A DNA stretch of 11,485 bases from a virus: IMG/VR virus record IMGVR_UViG_3300044941_000346; one strand, given 5' to 3'. Positions 1-7,736 of this stretch are shown piece by piece. A program made the translations under genes and the position numbers. How positions within the stretch are numbered: the first letter of the stretch is position 1; every line of letters begins with the position of its first letter. Below the pieces are notes generated by a model. The model worked only from the letters and a program-made list of their open reading frames with translations, was not told the origin of the DNA and ran no database searches.

Positions 1-71
1 CGCGCATGGTGGACCCTACGGGTGCATTTCGCGGCGTCGCGATCGACGACGGATCGCATATATCGACGTCG

Positions 72-97
72 CGATAAACAATAAACGCGACGTCGCG
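72..97 (-). terminator. Possible intrinsic terminator after MVP: perfect 12-nt CG palindrome followed by a U-rich tract on the transcribed strand
   Basis: Plus-strand CGCGACGTCGCG (86..97) is a perfect palindrome (4-bp GC stem with ACGT loop). On the minus-strand transcript it is followed immediately by UUUAUUGUUUAUC (85..72). It lies 34 nt downstream of the MVP stop codon (131..133). The stem is short, so confidence is low. Confidence 0.3.
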
Positions 98-130
98 GTT
101 GGCAGCGGTCAGCCGCGGCGTCGCGTCCCA

Positions 131-2602
131 TCACTTCTTGCCCTTCTCCGGCGTTGGCACGAGCGCCGTCACCTTCTCCAGCGCCGAGCCTTGCAGCAGG
201 CCCGCCAGCACCTCAGAGACAGACTTGCCGCCCAGGATCGCCAGCGGAGCCATCGACTCGGCCACGCGCTCGACCAGCGCGCGGTCGCTAAACGCTTGGA
301 GCGCGGCGATAAGATCTGGGCTGATCGCCGCGGCCTTTTTGACCGTGCCGTCGACATTGGCCGCCAGCTCCTCTAAGCGCTGCGCGAGCTTCTGCGCCTC
401 AAACGCCACCTGCGCGTCCTGCGCGGCCTTCTGGCGCGCGATCTCGGCGTCGTGGATCTTGGTTAGCGCTTCTTGCTCGGCGGTCTTGCCCTCCAGCGTG
501 GCCGCCTGCGCGCTGTTGGTGGCCGCGATCTCGGCCAGCCGCACGGCGAGCCGACGCGCGACCTCTTCCTCCCGAAGCGCCAGCTCCTTCTGCGTCGTCT
601 GCGCCAGGGTTTCCATGATCTGGCGCTTCACATCTTCTTGCTGCGATACAAACGCTAAGCGGCGCTGCTCGCTTGCTAGATCCAATGTTTGCTGTACCAC
701 TGAGTGCTGTGCCTGTGTGAGCAACTCCTCAATCTTTGCATCGCCTAGCCGAACTCCTAGCACCTCCACGTCATAAATGCGCATGCCGTTCTCTTCGAAC
801 GTGCGCCCCGGACGCTTGCCACCCGCGTCAGCCTTGCCCAATACCGCGTCGCGGATCACGGCGATGGCGTCACTATAAAAGCTCTGGATACCATGTTGTT
901 TGATAGCGTTGCGCAGTAGAGAGCGCATGTGATCTGTCAAGAACTTGACAAAATTCTCGACATTAAACCACAGGTTGGGGTCGCCCTCGAAGTTGACGCG
1001 GTAGCTCAAGTGGACGTGCACCTGGCACAGATCGCGCGTCTCGGCGTCGACCAGATCGGAGATCTTGTTGTGCAGCGCGCGCAGGTAGACCGTGCGCAGC
1101 AGGTTGGTGTCGGTCTTAGGCGTGCCGGTGGACAGCTCCATCGTCTCCAACGTCTCATCATACTCCAAAAGGCAAGCGTTTGGCCCTACGATCACCTTGC
1201 GCTCGCCCGACTTGCTCACGACCTTGACCGCGTAGCCTGTCCAGACGCCGATCGTGACTGCGCCCTCGTATTTTGTATCGAGCGTGATGGTGCGCGGCGG
1301 ACTAAACTGCTGCTTCCTGTTAAAGTCGTCGCCCGCGAAACCCTCGGCGGCTTCCGAGCGGCGCTGCTGTTTGGCCGCGAGTTCCAAGATGTTTGCCTGG
1401 GCCAGATCGCCGTCCGTGATGACGGCGCCGCCGGGCGCGCCGCGCTGGCTCATCATCTGTTGCAGCCGCGCGTTGTACTCCTGCGCCTCGCGATTGCCCG
1501 GATACCACAGCGCGACCTGCTTGTCCGTCAGCACGCGGCGCACGATGACCTCGCGGCGAGGATCGGGCAGGAACATTGCGGGGCCACGCACCAGGCGGAT
1601 CTGGCCGGTCTGACGGTCCAGGCAATAGCGCCCCTCGCCCGCAGGGATCGCCACCGCGTAGTGGATCTCGCGGTTGCCATACTTGATGAGTGCGTGCTCG
1701 GGTCGAGGGAAGTAGATCATCTGCTCTTTGCCTGTGATGAAGAGCTCTTGGCCGACCTTGAACTCGGCGCCGCCCTCGGTGTAGGGCGCGATGACCTTGA
1801 CATAGATGCCCGATAGCTCGTTGAGCTCGATGGCCTTGAACTTGCGCAGCCCGTCGCGCTCCACGAACGTCTCGGTCGGCTCGGGGAACACGACAGCGGG
1901 TCCCTGAATAAAACGCTTGTTGCCGTCCTCATCCAAGAGGATACAGTACTCTAGGCGCTCAAGCGTGACAGCATCGCGGATGTAGCTGCCTGCGGCGTCG
2001 GGCACGACCTCGATGCCCGTGGGCGGGATGTAGAAGCTGACCTCGGTGCCCTTGATGATGAGCTGCTGGCCGAGCGTAAAGTCGGGGGTCTGCTGGGCTG
2101 CGGGCTGCTGTGCGCCGTCATCGGCGCTGGTCTGGAGCTTGACCACCGCCGCGCTCCAGTGCTTGCGCGCGCTCTCCTCATCGTAGACGCGCACCGTGAG
2201 GTACTGGTTGGAGCGCAGTGTGTGGCCCTTGACCACCTTGACCATCTGGCCCGGCCACAGCGCGAAGGACTGCGGGCCGGGGATGTTGACCTTGTGGCCG
2301 ACGTGGAGCTGCATCAGGTTGTTGACCGTGCCGGTCTTGGGCTGCTCGCCGTCCTTGGCCGGGTTCTTGAGCACCAGATACCAGCCCTCGGGCGCGGTGG
2401 CGAAGACCCGGATCGCTGGCTCCAACATGCAGCGCTCAAAGCGCTTGCTCTTCTCATCGAAGAACACGGGCTGATCCGTGTTGGCCAGGCTCGTCTTGTA
2501 TGGGCCGACATAGACGTTGATGTTGCCCTTGGTCTGATCCGAGATAAACGCATACTCATTGGGGGCCAGGACCAGATCGCGCTCACGGGAGTTATCCGCC
2601 AT
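131..2602 (-). CDS. mvp: Major vault protein (MVP) homologue, 823 aa; shell protein of vault ribonucleoprotein particles
   Basis: The translation aligns with eukaryotic MVP along its whole length. The N-terminus MADNSRERDLVLAPNEYAFISDQTKGNINVYVGPYKT parallels human MVP [35 protein letters not shown]. It is followed by serial ~55-aa MVP-repeat modules, a shoulder (SPFH-like) region and a long Ala/Glu/Gln-rich cap-helix coiled coil (EQRRLAFVSQQEDVKRQIMETLAQ...EAQKLAQRLEELAANV). The tail is cap-ring-like (ISPDLIAALQAFSDRALVERVAESMAPLAILGG; compare human [33 protein letters not shown]). The track start at 2611 is a GTG; the ATG at 2602..2600 gives MADNS... and is preceded by AAGGTG (2614..2609) with a 6-nt spacer. 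Confidence 0.9.
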   Translation of the reverse strand: MADNSRERDLVLAPNEYAFISDQTKGNINVYVGPYKTSLANTDQPVFFDEKSKRFERCMLEPAIRVFATAPEGWYLVLKNPAKDGEQPKTGTVNNLMQLHVGHKVNIPGPQSFALWPGQMVKVVKGHTLRSNQYLTVRVYDEESARKHWSAAVVKLQTSADDGAQQPAAQQTPDFTLGQQLIIKGTEVSFYIPPTGIEVVPDAAGSYIRDAVTLERLEYCILLDEDGNKRFIQGPAVVFPEPTETFVERDGLRKFKAIELNELSGIYVKVIAPYTEGGAEFKVGQELFITGKEQMIYFPRPEHALIKYGNREIHYAVAIPAGEGRYCLDRQTGQIRLVRGPAMFLPDPRREVIVRRVLTDKQVALWYPGNREAQEYNARLQQMMSQRGAPGGAVITDGDLAQANILELAAKQQRRSEAAEGFAGDDFNRKQQFSPPRTITLDTKYEGAVTIGVWTGYAVKVVSKSGERKVIVGPNACLLEYDETLETMELSTGTPKTDTNLLRTVYLRALHNKISDLVDAETRDLCQVHVHLSYRVNFEGDPNLWFNVENFVKFLTDHMRSLLRNAIKQHGIQSFYSDAIAVIRDAVLGKADAGGKRPGRTFEENGMRIYDVEVLGVRLGDAKIEELLTQAQHSVVQQTLDLASEQRRLAFVSQQEDVKRQIMETLAQTTQKELALREEEVARRLAVRLAEIAATNSAQAATLEGKTAEQEALTKIHDAEIARQKAAQDAQVAFEAQKLAQRLEELAANVDGTVKKAAAISPDLIAALQAFSDRALVERVAESMAPLAILGGKSVSEVLAGLLQGSALEKVTALVPTPEKGKK

Positions 2603-2608
2603 CACACA

Positions 2609-2614
2609 CACCTT
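2609..2614 (-). promoter_or_regulatory. Shine-Dalgarno (AAGGTG) for the MVP gene, 6 nt upstream of the ATG at 2602
   Basis: Minus-strand read: caAAGGTGtgtgtgATGgcggataac. A purine-rich SD at canonical spacing supports a bacterial-type initiation and the ATG 2602 start. Confidence 0.45.
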
Positions 2615-2829
2615 GCAGGGTTAGGGCCTTCTTGTGCTACACGCGCGACGCGTACAACACACTCGCTCACTCGCTGGCCGACACCCTCTCACCCAAGCGG
2701 TGGCGTTGTCAACCATCAACCTTGTGTGTTGTTGAAATGAAGGCCGCGCCGCCAACCCCATGAAAACCGATATGCAGTCGTGTTGCCGCGACGGCTGCAT
2801 CGATCGACGTCACGATTGACATCGCCGCC

Positions 2830-3705
2830 TCACCACCTGACCGGGATGCGCTCCGGCACGCCATCGCCAAACGTCTCGTAGAGGTTCAAGCGATCCATAT
2901 GCACATAACCGATGTGGCAGCCGCAGGTCTCGTTGGTGCAGGGCGAGCGCACGAGCGTTGTGTCGAAGCCCTCGTTGTAGATGTTGCCGATCGGCGTTTT
3001 GATGAAGTGACAGCGCCGCGCAGTGCCATCGCCGTCAACCGTAAAAGCGCTGTAGCCCGCGCGGCATGAGGCGCCAAGCGAGGCGTGGCGCGTGGCGTTG
3101 TAGCGAAAGAGCGGATCGATCTGCTCAAACTTTAGCAGGTCAAGCTCTTGGTAATAGCCAGGGTCGCGCTTGTAGGCGTTGATCCACATGTAGACGCTTG
3201 GATCCAGCTCGGCGCGCAGCGCATTTAGCTCGTCGAGCGCGTCCTTGAACCCCACAGCGCCCACCGAGTAGCGCACGCCGCGCGTGTCCAGCTCGCGGCA
3301 CTTGGCCACAAACCCCGCGCGCGTGATCTGGGTCGGGTGGTACGTTGTCCACAGCGCCAGCACGTTGCGGTTGGCGCGCTCGGTCCAGCCAAGCTTGCAT
3401 GTCAGGTTGGTTTGGATTGCCGCACGCCACACATGGGGCATGTGGCTTAACTCAATCAGGGCCTCCTGATAATGTCGCCTTATCAATCCCTCGCCCCAGG
3501 GCGTAAACAATAATCCGATCTGCTTATCTGTGCGGAGGCGTATCCACTCGACAAAGCGCTCTAGCTTTAGTCGATCATCCTCTAGCTCCGCGCGTGTATT
3601 GCGGGTCTTGGCAAATGGGCAGTAGTCGCAAGCATAGTTGCAGCTCGACAGCGGACCGCGATACAAGATCACCCATCTGTCTGCAGCCTCGTGTGGCGTC
3701 TTCAT
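2830..3705 (-). CDS. Radical SAM enzyme (Cx3Cx2C = CNYACDYC) with a C-terminal Cys cluster; resembles, from memory, the STM4011-type rSAM family
   Basis: The ORF has the canonical rSAM motif ...WVILYRGPLSSCNYACDYCPFAK near the N-terminus and a C-terminal cysteine cluster (CRAGY...RRCHF...SPCTNETCGCHIGYVH). The start is placed at ATG 3705..3703 (MKTPHEAADRW...), which forms an ATGA 4-bp overlap with the upstream gene stop (3704..3702). The track's longer ORF from 3756 would overlap the upstream gene by 55 bp. Confidence 0.8.
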   Translation of the reverse strand: MKTPHEAADRWVILYRGPLSSCNYACDYCPFAKTRNTRAELEDDRLKLERFVEWIRLRTDKQIGLLFTPWGEGLIRRHYQEALIELSHMPHVWRAAIQTNLTCKLGWTERANRNVLALWTTYHPTQITRAGFVAKCRELDTRGVRYSVGAVGFKDALDELNALRAELDPSVYMWINAYKRDPGYYQELDLLKFEQIDPLFRYNATRHASLGASCRAGYSAFTVDGDGTARRCHFIKTPIGNIYNEGFDTTLVRSPCTNETCGCHIGYVHMDRLNLYETFGDGVPERIPVRW

Positions 3706-5099
3706 GTGATCGCAAAGCCCCGCATCATTGCCTCCACCTTGGGCGAGTTCATCCACGGGCCGATCACGTCCGAGGCGTCGATCCCACGCTGCGTCAGCGC
3801 GAGCGTCCCGGCCTCACGGCGCACCAGCCCCAGTGCCTCCAGCTCCGCCACCTGTGGCAGCGCCTCGTCGAGCGACACCCCGAACCTGCGCGCAAACAGG
3901 GCGAGGTCGAGCGCGTGTGCGCCGCCATCGGCCAAGAGCGACACCACCACGAAGCGGCGCTGCTGCTCGGCCTCGTCCAGTAGAAAGCCGTAGTGGACCG
4001 CACCAAAGAACTCAGCGGGGCGCTGCACCCAGTCCTCGATGATGTGTACCACGCTGCGTCGTCCCACCGCCCACTCCGTCGAGTAGTGCAGCCCGCGCGT
4101 GTAGGATCGCGCGCCTACGCCCAGGCCCACCATCCCATCCGTCGCTGGGTGGTACGCCGGCCCGCGCGTGCGCGGTGTATGATCGGCACGCACGAACATC
4201 CGCATCGATCGCTGATTGTAGCCATGGGATAGAAGATAATCGCGGCCCTGTTGATACAGATCATAGCGCCAGTCATCCCACGCCTTGTCCGAGTTTCCTA
4301 GTCCCGTCAGCGGCCTCACATACAGAGGATACAAGAAGATCTCCTCGGAGCCATACGCCACCGCCGCTTCAAGCGAGCGCTCCCAGCTCTGTGCTGTCTG
4401 GCCCTCGATCCCGTAGATGAGGTCGATGTTGCGCTCCTCAAAGCTGCCGCTCGCCAAGAGTTCAAGCGCGCGCTCCAGCACCTTGTGCCGCTGCGGCCTG
4501 CGCACCGCCTTGGTCTCCGACTCCAAGAAGCTTTGCACCCCCATCGACACCCGCGTCACGTTAAATCTCTTTAATATGTCGATCTTCGATGGTGTCAGCG
4601 TCTCCGGGCTGACCTCACACGAGAGCGGGATCTGCGGCGCGCTGCCGCCCAGCGGCGCCCCCATGATCCCGGCCGCGACCCGCTCAAACAGCGCCTCAAG
4701 CGACGCGTCATCCAGCTGCGTCGGCGTCCCGCCCCCCACCGCCATCCGCGCAAACCCCACCTCGCGCTCGCCCAGCGCGCGCCGCGTCTGCTCGGCCTGC
4801 CGCGTCAGCGCCCCCAAGAAACCCCTGTGCAGCGCATCGCCTGGCTTGGCCATCGCGAACAGGTTACAGAACCCGCAGCGCATCTCGCAGAACGGCACAT
4901 GAATATACAGGTAGAGCGCGCGCGTGTCCTCCTCGCGCCAGACCTCCTCCAGCTGCAGTGCTGGCTCGATCGGGCGATAGGCCGTCTTATGCGGATAAGC
5001 GTAGGCATAAGATTGAAACGGTGAACCGGTCAGCCGCATGGCGAGCGTCCCGGTCGGCATCGCCGTGTGCGGTGTCGTCGTGATCTGTGTCGTCGTCAT
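3702..5099 (-). CDS. HemN/HemW-like radical SAM enzyme (oxygen-independent coproporphyrinogen-oxidase family fold); STM4012-like by recollection
   Basis: YLYIHVPFCEMRCGFCNLF is the HemN-family signature (YxHxPFC + Cx3Cx2C). The length (~465 aa) and the C-terminal winged-helix-like tail are typical of HemN-like proteins. The start is placed at ATG 5099..5097 (MTTTQITTTPH...), giving an ATGA overlap with the upstream hydrolase stop (5098..5096). The 43-codon N-terminal extension in the track (to 5228) overlaps the hydrolase gene and is rejected. Confidence 0.8.
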   Translation of the reverse strand: MTTTQITTTPHTAMPTGTLAMRLTGSPFQSYAYAYPHKTAYRPIEPALQLEEVWREEDTRALYLYIHVPFCEMRCGFCNLFAMAKPGDALHRGFLGALTRQAEQTRRALGEREVGFARMAVGGGTPTQLDDASLEALFERVAAGIMGAPLGGSAPQIPLSCEVSPETLTPSKIDILKRFNVTRVSMGVQSFLESETKAVRRPQRHKVLERALELLASGSFEERNIDLIYGIEGQTAQSWERSLEAAVAYGSEEIFLYPLYVRPLTGLGNSDKAWDDWRYDLYQQGRDYLLSHGYNQRSMRMFVRADHTPRTRGPAYHPATDGMVGLGVGARSYTRGLHYSTEWAVGRRSVVHIIEDWVQRPAEFFGAVHYGFLLDEAEQQRRFVVVSLLADGGAHALDLALFARRFGVSLDEALPQVAELEALGLVRREAGTLALTQRGIDASDVIGPWMNSPKVEAMMRGFAIT

Positions 5100-5923
5100 C
5101 TCTGCTCCATGCTGGTCTTCGCAGCTGAATAGAAGGCGTGCGCGTAGGGCACGTCCCACACCGCTTGATGCGCCAGCCGATGCCCGTAGAACCCATCCTC
5201 CCCATACGCTGTCCCGTGGTCCCCACATACGATACAGAACGTCTCATCCCGCAGCGATTCTAGTAGTAATGGCAGCTGGCTGTCTACATAGCGCAGCGCC
5301 GCTGCGTGCGTCTCGATCGTGTCCTCCGCCGCCCCATCTATATAAAAGCGATTCGGCTGGTGCAGCGCTGAGACATTGATAAACAGGAACGTGCGCTGCT
5401 CAGGTGCAAGCGCTCGTAGCCGCTCACCAGCTAGCTCAAACTGGTTTTTTGTAGAGTCTCGATCCGTCACGCCGAGCTTGGGCGCCCAGTGGCTCTCGTG
5501 AAATAAATTTGGTAGGACAGACCCCAGCGCCGTCTGCTTATTAAAGAAGCCCACGCCGCCGATGCAGATCGTGTGGTAGCCGCGCGCCGCCAGCCCCGTC
5601 ACAATGTCCGCCTCCTGCATCACACACGTCGTCTGTCCAGTCGTCTCCGATCCGCCAAAACTCGCCGCGAACAGCCTCACATGCCGCCCCGGTCTCGCCG
5701 GCGTCGGCAGAAACCCCGCGAAGAACGCTTGGTGTGCCGCATACGTAAAGCTCCCCGGCGTGTGCCGCCGCTCCCAGCCTCCCGGCCCGATCAGCCGCGC
5801 CAAGTGCGGCGTCTCGCCCGACCGCATCAGCCTGTCCGCCACATCAAAGCGCAGCGTATCCAGCGTCATAAACAGGATGTCGTGCGCCCCCACCACCGCG
5901 TTCATGTCCACATCATCGCTCAT
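5096..5923 (-). CDS. Alkaline-phosphatase-superfamily metallohydrolase (sulfatase/NPP/phosphonoacetate-hydrolase-like); STM4013/SEN3800-like by recollection
   Basis: The N-terminal metal-ligand block ILFMTLDTLRFD and the C-terminal block CIVCGDHGTAYGEDGFYGH (DHG...GxH) are hallmarks of the alkaline phosphatase / type I phosphodiesterase fold. The start is ambiguous. Candidates are GTG 5929 (17-bp overlap), ATG 5923 (11-bp overlap) and ATG 5905 (7-nt gap after the upstream TGA). None has a clean SD. Confidence 0.75.
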   Translation of the reverse strand: MSDDVDMNAVVGAHDILFMTLDTLRFDVADRLMRSGETPHLARLIGPGGWERRHTPGSFTYAAHQAFFAGFLPTPARPGRHVRLFAASFGGSETTGQTTCVMQEADIVTGLAARGYHTICIGGVGFFNKQTALGSVLPNLFHESHWAPKLGVTDRDSTKNQFELAGERLRALAPEQRTFLFINVSALHQPNRFYIDGAAEDTIETHAAALRYVDSQLPLLLESLRDETFCIVCGDHGTAYGEDGFYGHRLAHQAVWDVPYAHAFYSAAKTSMEQR

Positions 5924-7736
5924 CTTCACGCATCAACCACGCCTCAAGCTCTGTCACCTCGCCAAGCTCCACCTCGGGCGCTGGCTGCGCCACATGCCAC
6001 GTCCTGCCGCGCACTACCCACGCCGTCCTCAGCCCCACACACCGCGCCCCCAGCAGATCGTGCACCGGCGTATCACCGACCATCACCGCCGCGCGCGGAT
6101 CTTCCGCGCAGCCCGTCGCCGACAGCGCGGCCTCGAAGATCGCCGCGTCTGGTTTTGTAGCGCCGATCTCGTCTGAGATAAAGATCGCATCAGGATCAAA
6201 ATGTCGCAGGAGGTCAGCCCGCGCCAGCTTGTCGCGCTGGCTCGCGCTGCCACCGTTGCTCAACAGCGCCAACTTGTAACGTTTGCTCAATCGCTCAAGC
6301 ATCGCTTGAATCGCAGGCTCTGGCACAAGCTCCGCCGCGATGCGGCGCGGTAGCTCGGCCCACACGGCCCGCCACTCGCCCGCCTCCCTGCCGAGCAGCC
6401 CACACAGCGCCTCACACAACACTCGCCGATCCCCATGCCCATGCGCGTCCAGCGCAAACACCCGCGCCAGCGCCTCGTCATCACAGCCCGTCCAGCGCCG
6501 CACCGCCGCGCAGAACGCCGCGTCGCGGTCGATCAACGTGTTGTCGAGATCAAACAGCACCGCCCGTATCTTTGGCCACGCCTCCAGCCTGCCCCAGCCC
6601 GCAAAGCCCCGCACCTCCGCCGTATAGCTGTCCTCCCCACGATCATACACATTGGGCAGCAGATCCCCAAACGCATTGACCTCGATGATACGCGGCGCAT
6701 CCAGCGCATCCGCCGGGAACAACACGTCCGCCCCCAGATAATACGCGCCCGGAAACGCCTGCGCTGCCTGCCTACACAATACCTCAAGCGCGCTCCACCC
6801 CACATCTCCCACCAGCGCCCGCACCTGATCCAGCTCCCCCCGCGCGTTCCCCAGATGAAGGTTTGTCATGGGATGCTCTGAGGCCCGCACCACCACCTGA
6901 CGCGCCTCACCGCCGATCACCACCACCCGCAGATCAAAGTTTTTGTCCTGACCATCATGTCGGATCATCGCCTTTGATGACCACTTCTCCACCACCGCAC
7001 CCTCCGCCAATAAATAATTTAGCAGTAGCGCGATCTGTCGAATGTCGTGATAACGTCGCGGTCGAAGTGAATTGTAAATGGAGAACCTGCCGTCGCTGTC
7101 CTCCACCAGATGGGCCGTGGTGGTCAACATCGCGCGCGGGCCGCTGACGCGCAGAGCCGCAACGCCCGACGCAGACGAGCTGCCGCGCAGCTTCACAAAC
7201 ACCCGATCCCAGCCCGCCTCGTCCATCCGCGCCCGCAGCGCCTCCCACGATCCCACGCCCTCCAGCGATGGCATCCTCGGCACACCATGCGCGTCCAATC
7301 TGCGGTGCGTCGCCAGCTTGTCAAACATCACCGCGATCTCGTCCGGGCGGCTCATGATGCGCCCCGGCGCACCTTCAAGTATCACTTGAAGGTCGCGCAA
7401 GACCGCCTGCCAGCCCGCGCGCAGCTGCCCCGGCGCCAAAAGCCTGCCGTGCTCAAGCGGCGCACAGAGCGCCTCCTGCGCGGTAAGCGTCGGCTCGTCC
7501 AGCTCCTCCGCACCGCGCGCCAGCAGCCTGCGCGTCACGCGCGCATCCTCGCCCGGCGACTCCAGCCGCAGGATCGTGTCGTCGTCCAGCAGATCTGGCA
7601 GCACCACGCGCCCCTCCAACACGTCGAGCCACGCCACAAAGCGCGCCGCGCTGTGGCCGCTGCGCATCAGCGCGTCCTGCACGTACGCTGTGCGGCGATG
7701 CCCCGCGTTGCCCACCACCACCCACCGCCTCGTCAT
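5913..7736 (-). CDS. Two-domain fusion: N-terminal ATP-grasp ligase (RimK/glutathione-synthetase-like) + C-terminal HAD-superfamily phosphatase
   Basis: ATP-grasp: DLRVVVIGGEARQVVVRASEHPMTNLHLGNARGE matches the RimK core ([32 protein letters not shown]). The motif ...RIIEVNAFGD is also present. HAD: motif I FDLDNTL (aa ~398), S/T motif LLSNGG, Lys in GATKPD, and the motif IV block MVGDTPVHDL. The start is placed at ATG 7736..7734 (MTRRWVVVGN...), giving an ATGA overlap with the upstream LRR gene stop (7735..7733). Confidence 0.8.
   Translation of the reverse strand: MTRRWVVVGNAGHRRTAYVQDALMRSGHSAARFVAWLDVLEGRVVLPDLLDDDTILRLESPGEDARVTRRLLARGAEELDEPTLTAQEALCAPLEHGRLLAPGQLRAGWQAVLRDLQVILEGAPGRIMSRPDEIAVMFDKLATHRRLDAHGVPRMPSLEGVGSWEALRARMDEAGWDRVFVKLRGSSSASGVAALRVSGPRAMLTTTAHLVEDSDGRFSIYNSLRPRRYHDIRQIALLLNYLLAEGAVVEKWSSKAMIRHDGQDKNFDLRVVVIGGEARQVVVRASEHPMTNLHLGNARGELDQVRALVGDVGWSALEVLCRQAAQAFPGAYYLGADVLFPADALDAPRIIEVNAFGDLLPNVYDRGEDSYTAEVRGFAGWGRLEAWPKIRAVLFDLDNTLIDRDAAFCAAVRRWTGCDDEALARVFALDAHGHGDRRVLCEALCGLLGREAGEWRAVWAELPRRIAAELVPEPAIQAMLERLSKRYKLALLSNGGSASQRDKLARADLLRHFDPDAIFISDEIGATKPDAAIFEAALSATGCAEDPRAAVMVGDTPVHDLLGARCVGLRTAWVVRGRTWHVAQPAPEVELGEVTELEAWLMREDER

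Noticed and set aside
1320-2586. Minus-strand ORFs 1320..1625, 1717..1932, 1951..2181, 2314..2586 within the MVP gene in alternative frames
   Set aside because: They are entirely contained in the MVP CDS on the same strand. They are Arg/Ala/Ser/Pro-rich off-frame artefacts.
131-2602. Idea that this is a trypanosomatid (Leishmania-like) MVP gene in a unidirectional polycistron
   Set aside because: Gene junctions overlap by 4 bp instead of being separated by kb-scale intergenic regions. SD sequences are present. The neighbouring genes form a bacterial-type rSAM/HAD/ATP-grasp cassette.
2707-2712. TTGACA (minus strand) in the gap upstream of MVP as a sigma-70 -35 box
   Set aside because: No acceptable -10 hexamer follows at 16-18 bp (AGAGGG/GAGAGG). 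Promoter consensus in a GC-rich host may differ. Kept only as a hypothesis in the findings, not as a feature.
99-2740. Plus-strand ORFs 99..776, 929..1816, 1254..1613, 2159..2740 lying opposite the MVP gene
   Set aside because: They sit antisense to a confidently identified CDS. The translations are low-complexity Ala/Arg/Ser-rich (e.g. ...SASSFCVVCARVS...), as expected for shadow ORFs in GC-rich DNA. No motifs or SDs were found.
3706-5228. N-terminal extensions offered by the ORF track (rSAM from 3756; HemN-like from 5228)
   Set aside because: The extensions overlap the upstream genes by 55 and 132 bp and have arbitrary-looking sequence (MWGPRDSVWGGWVLRASAG...). In-frame ATGs at 3705 and 5099 create exact ATGA overlaps, matching the other junctions.
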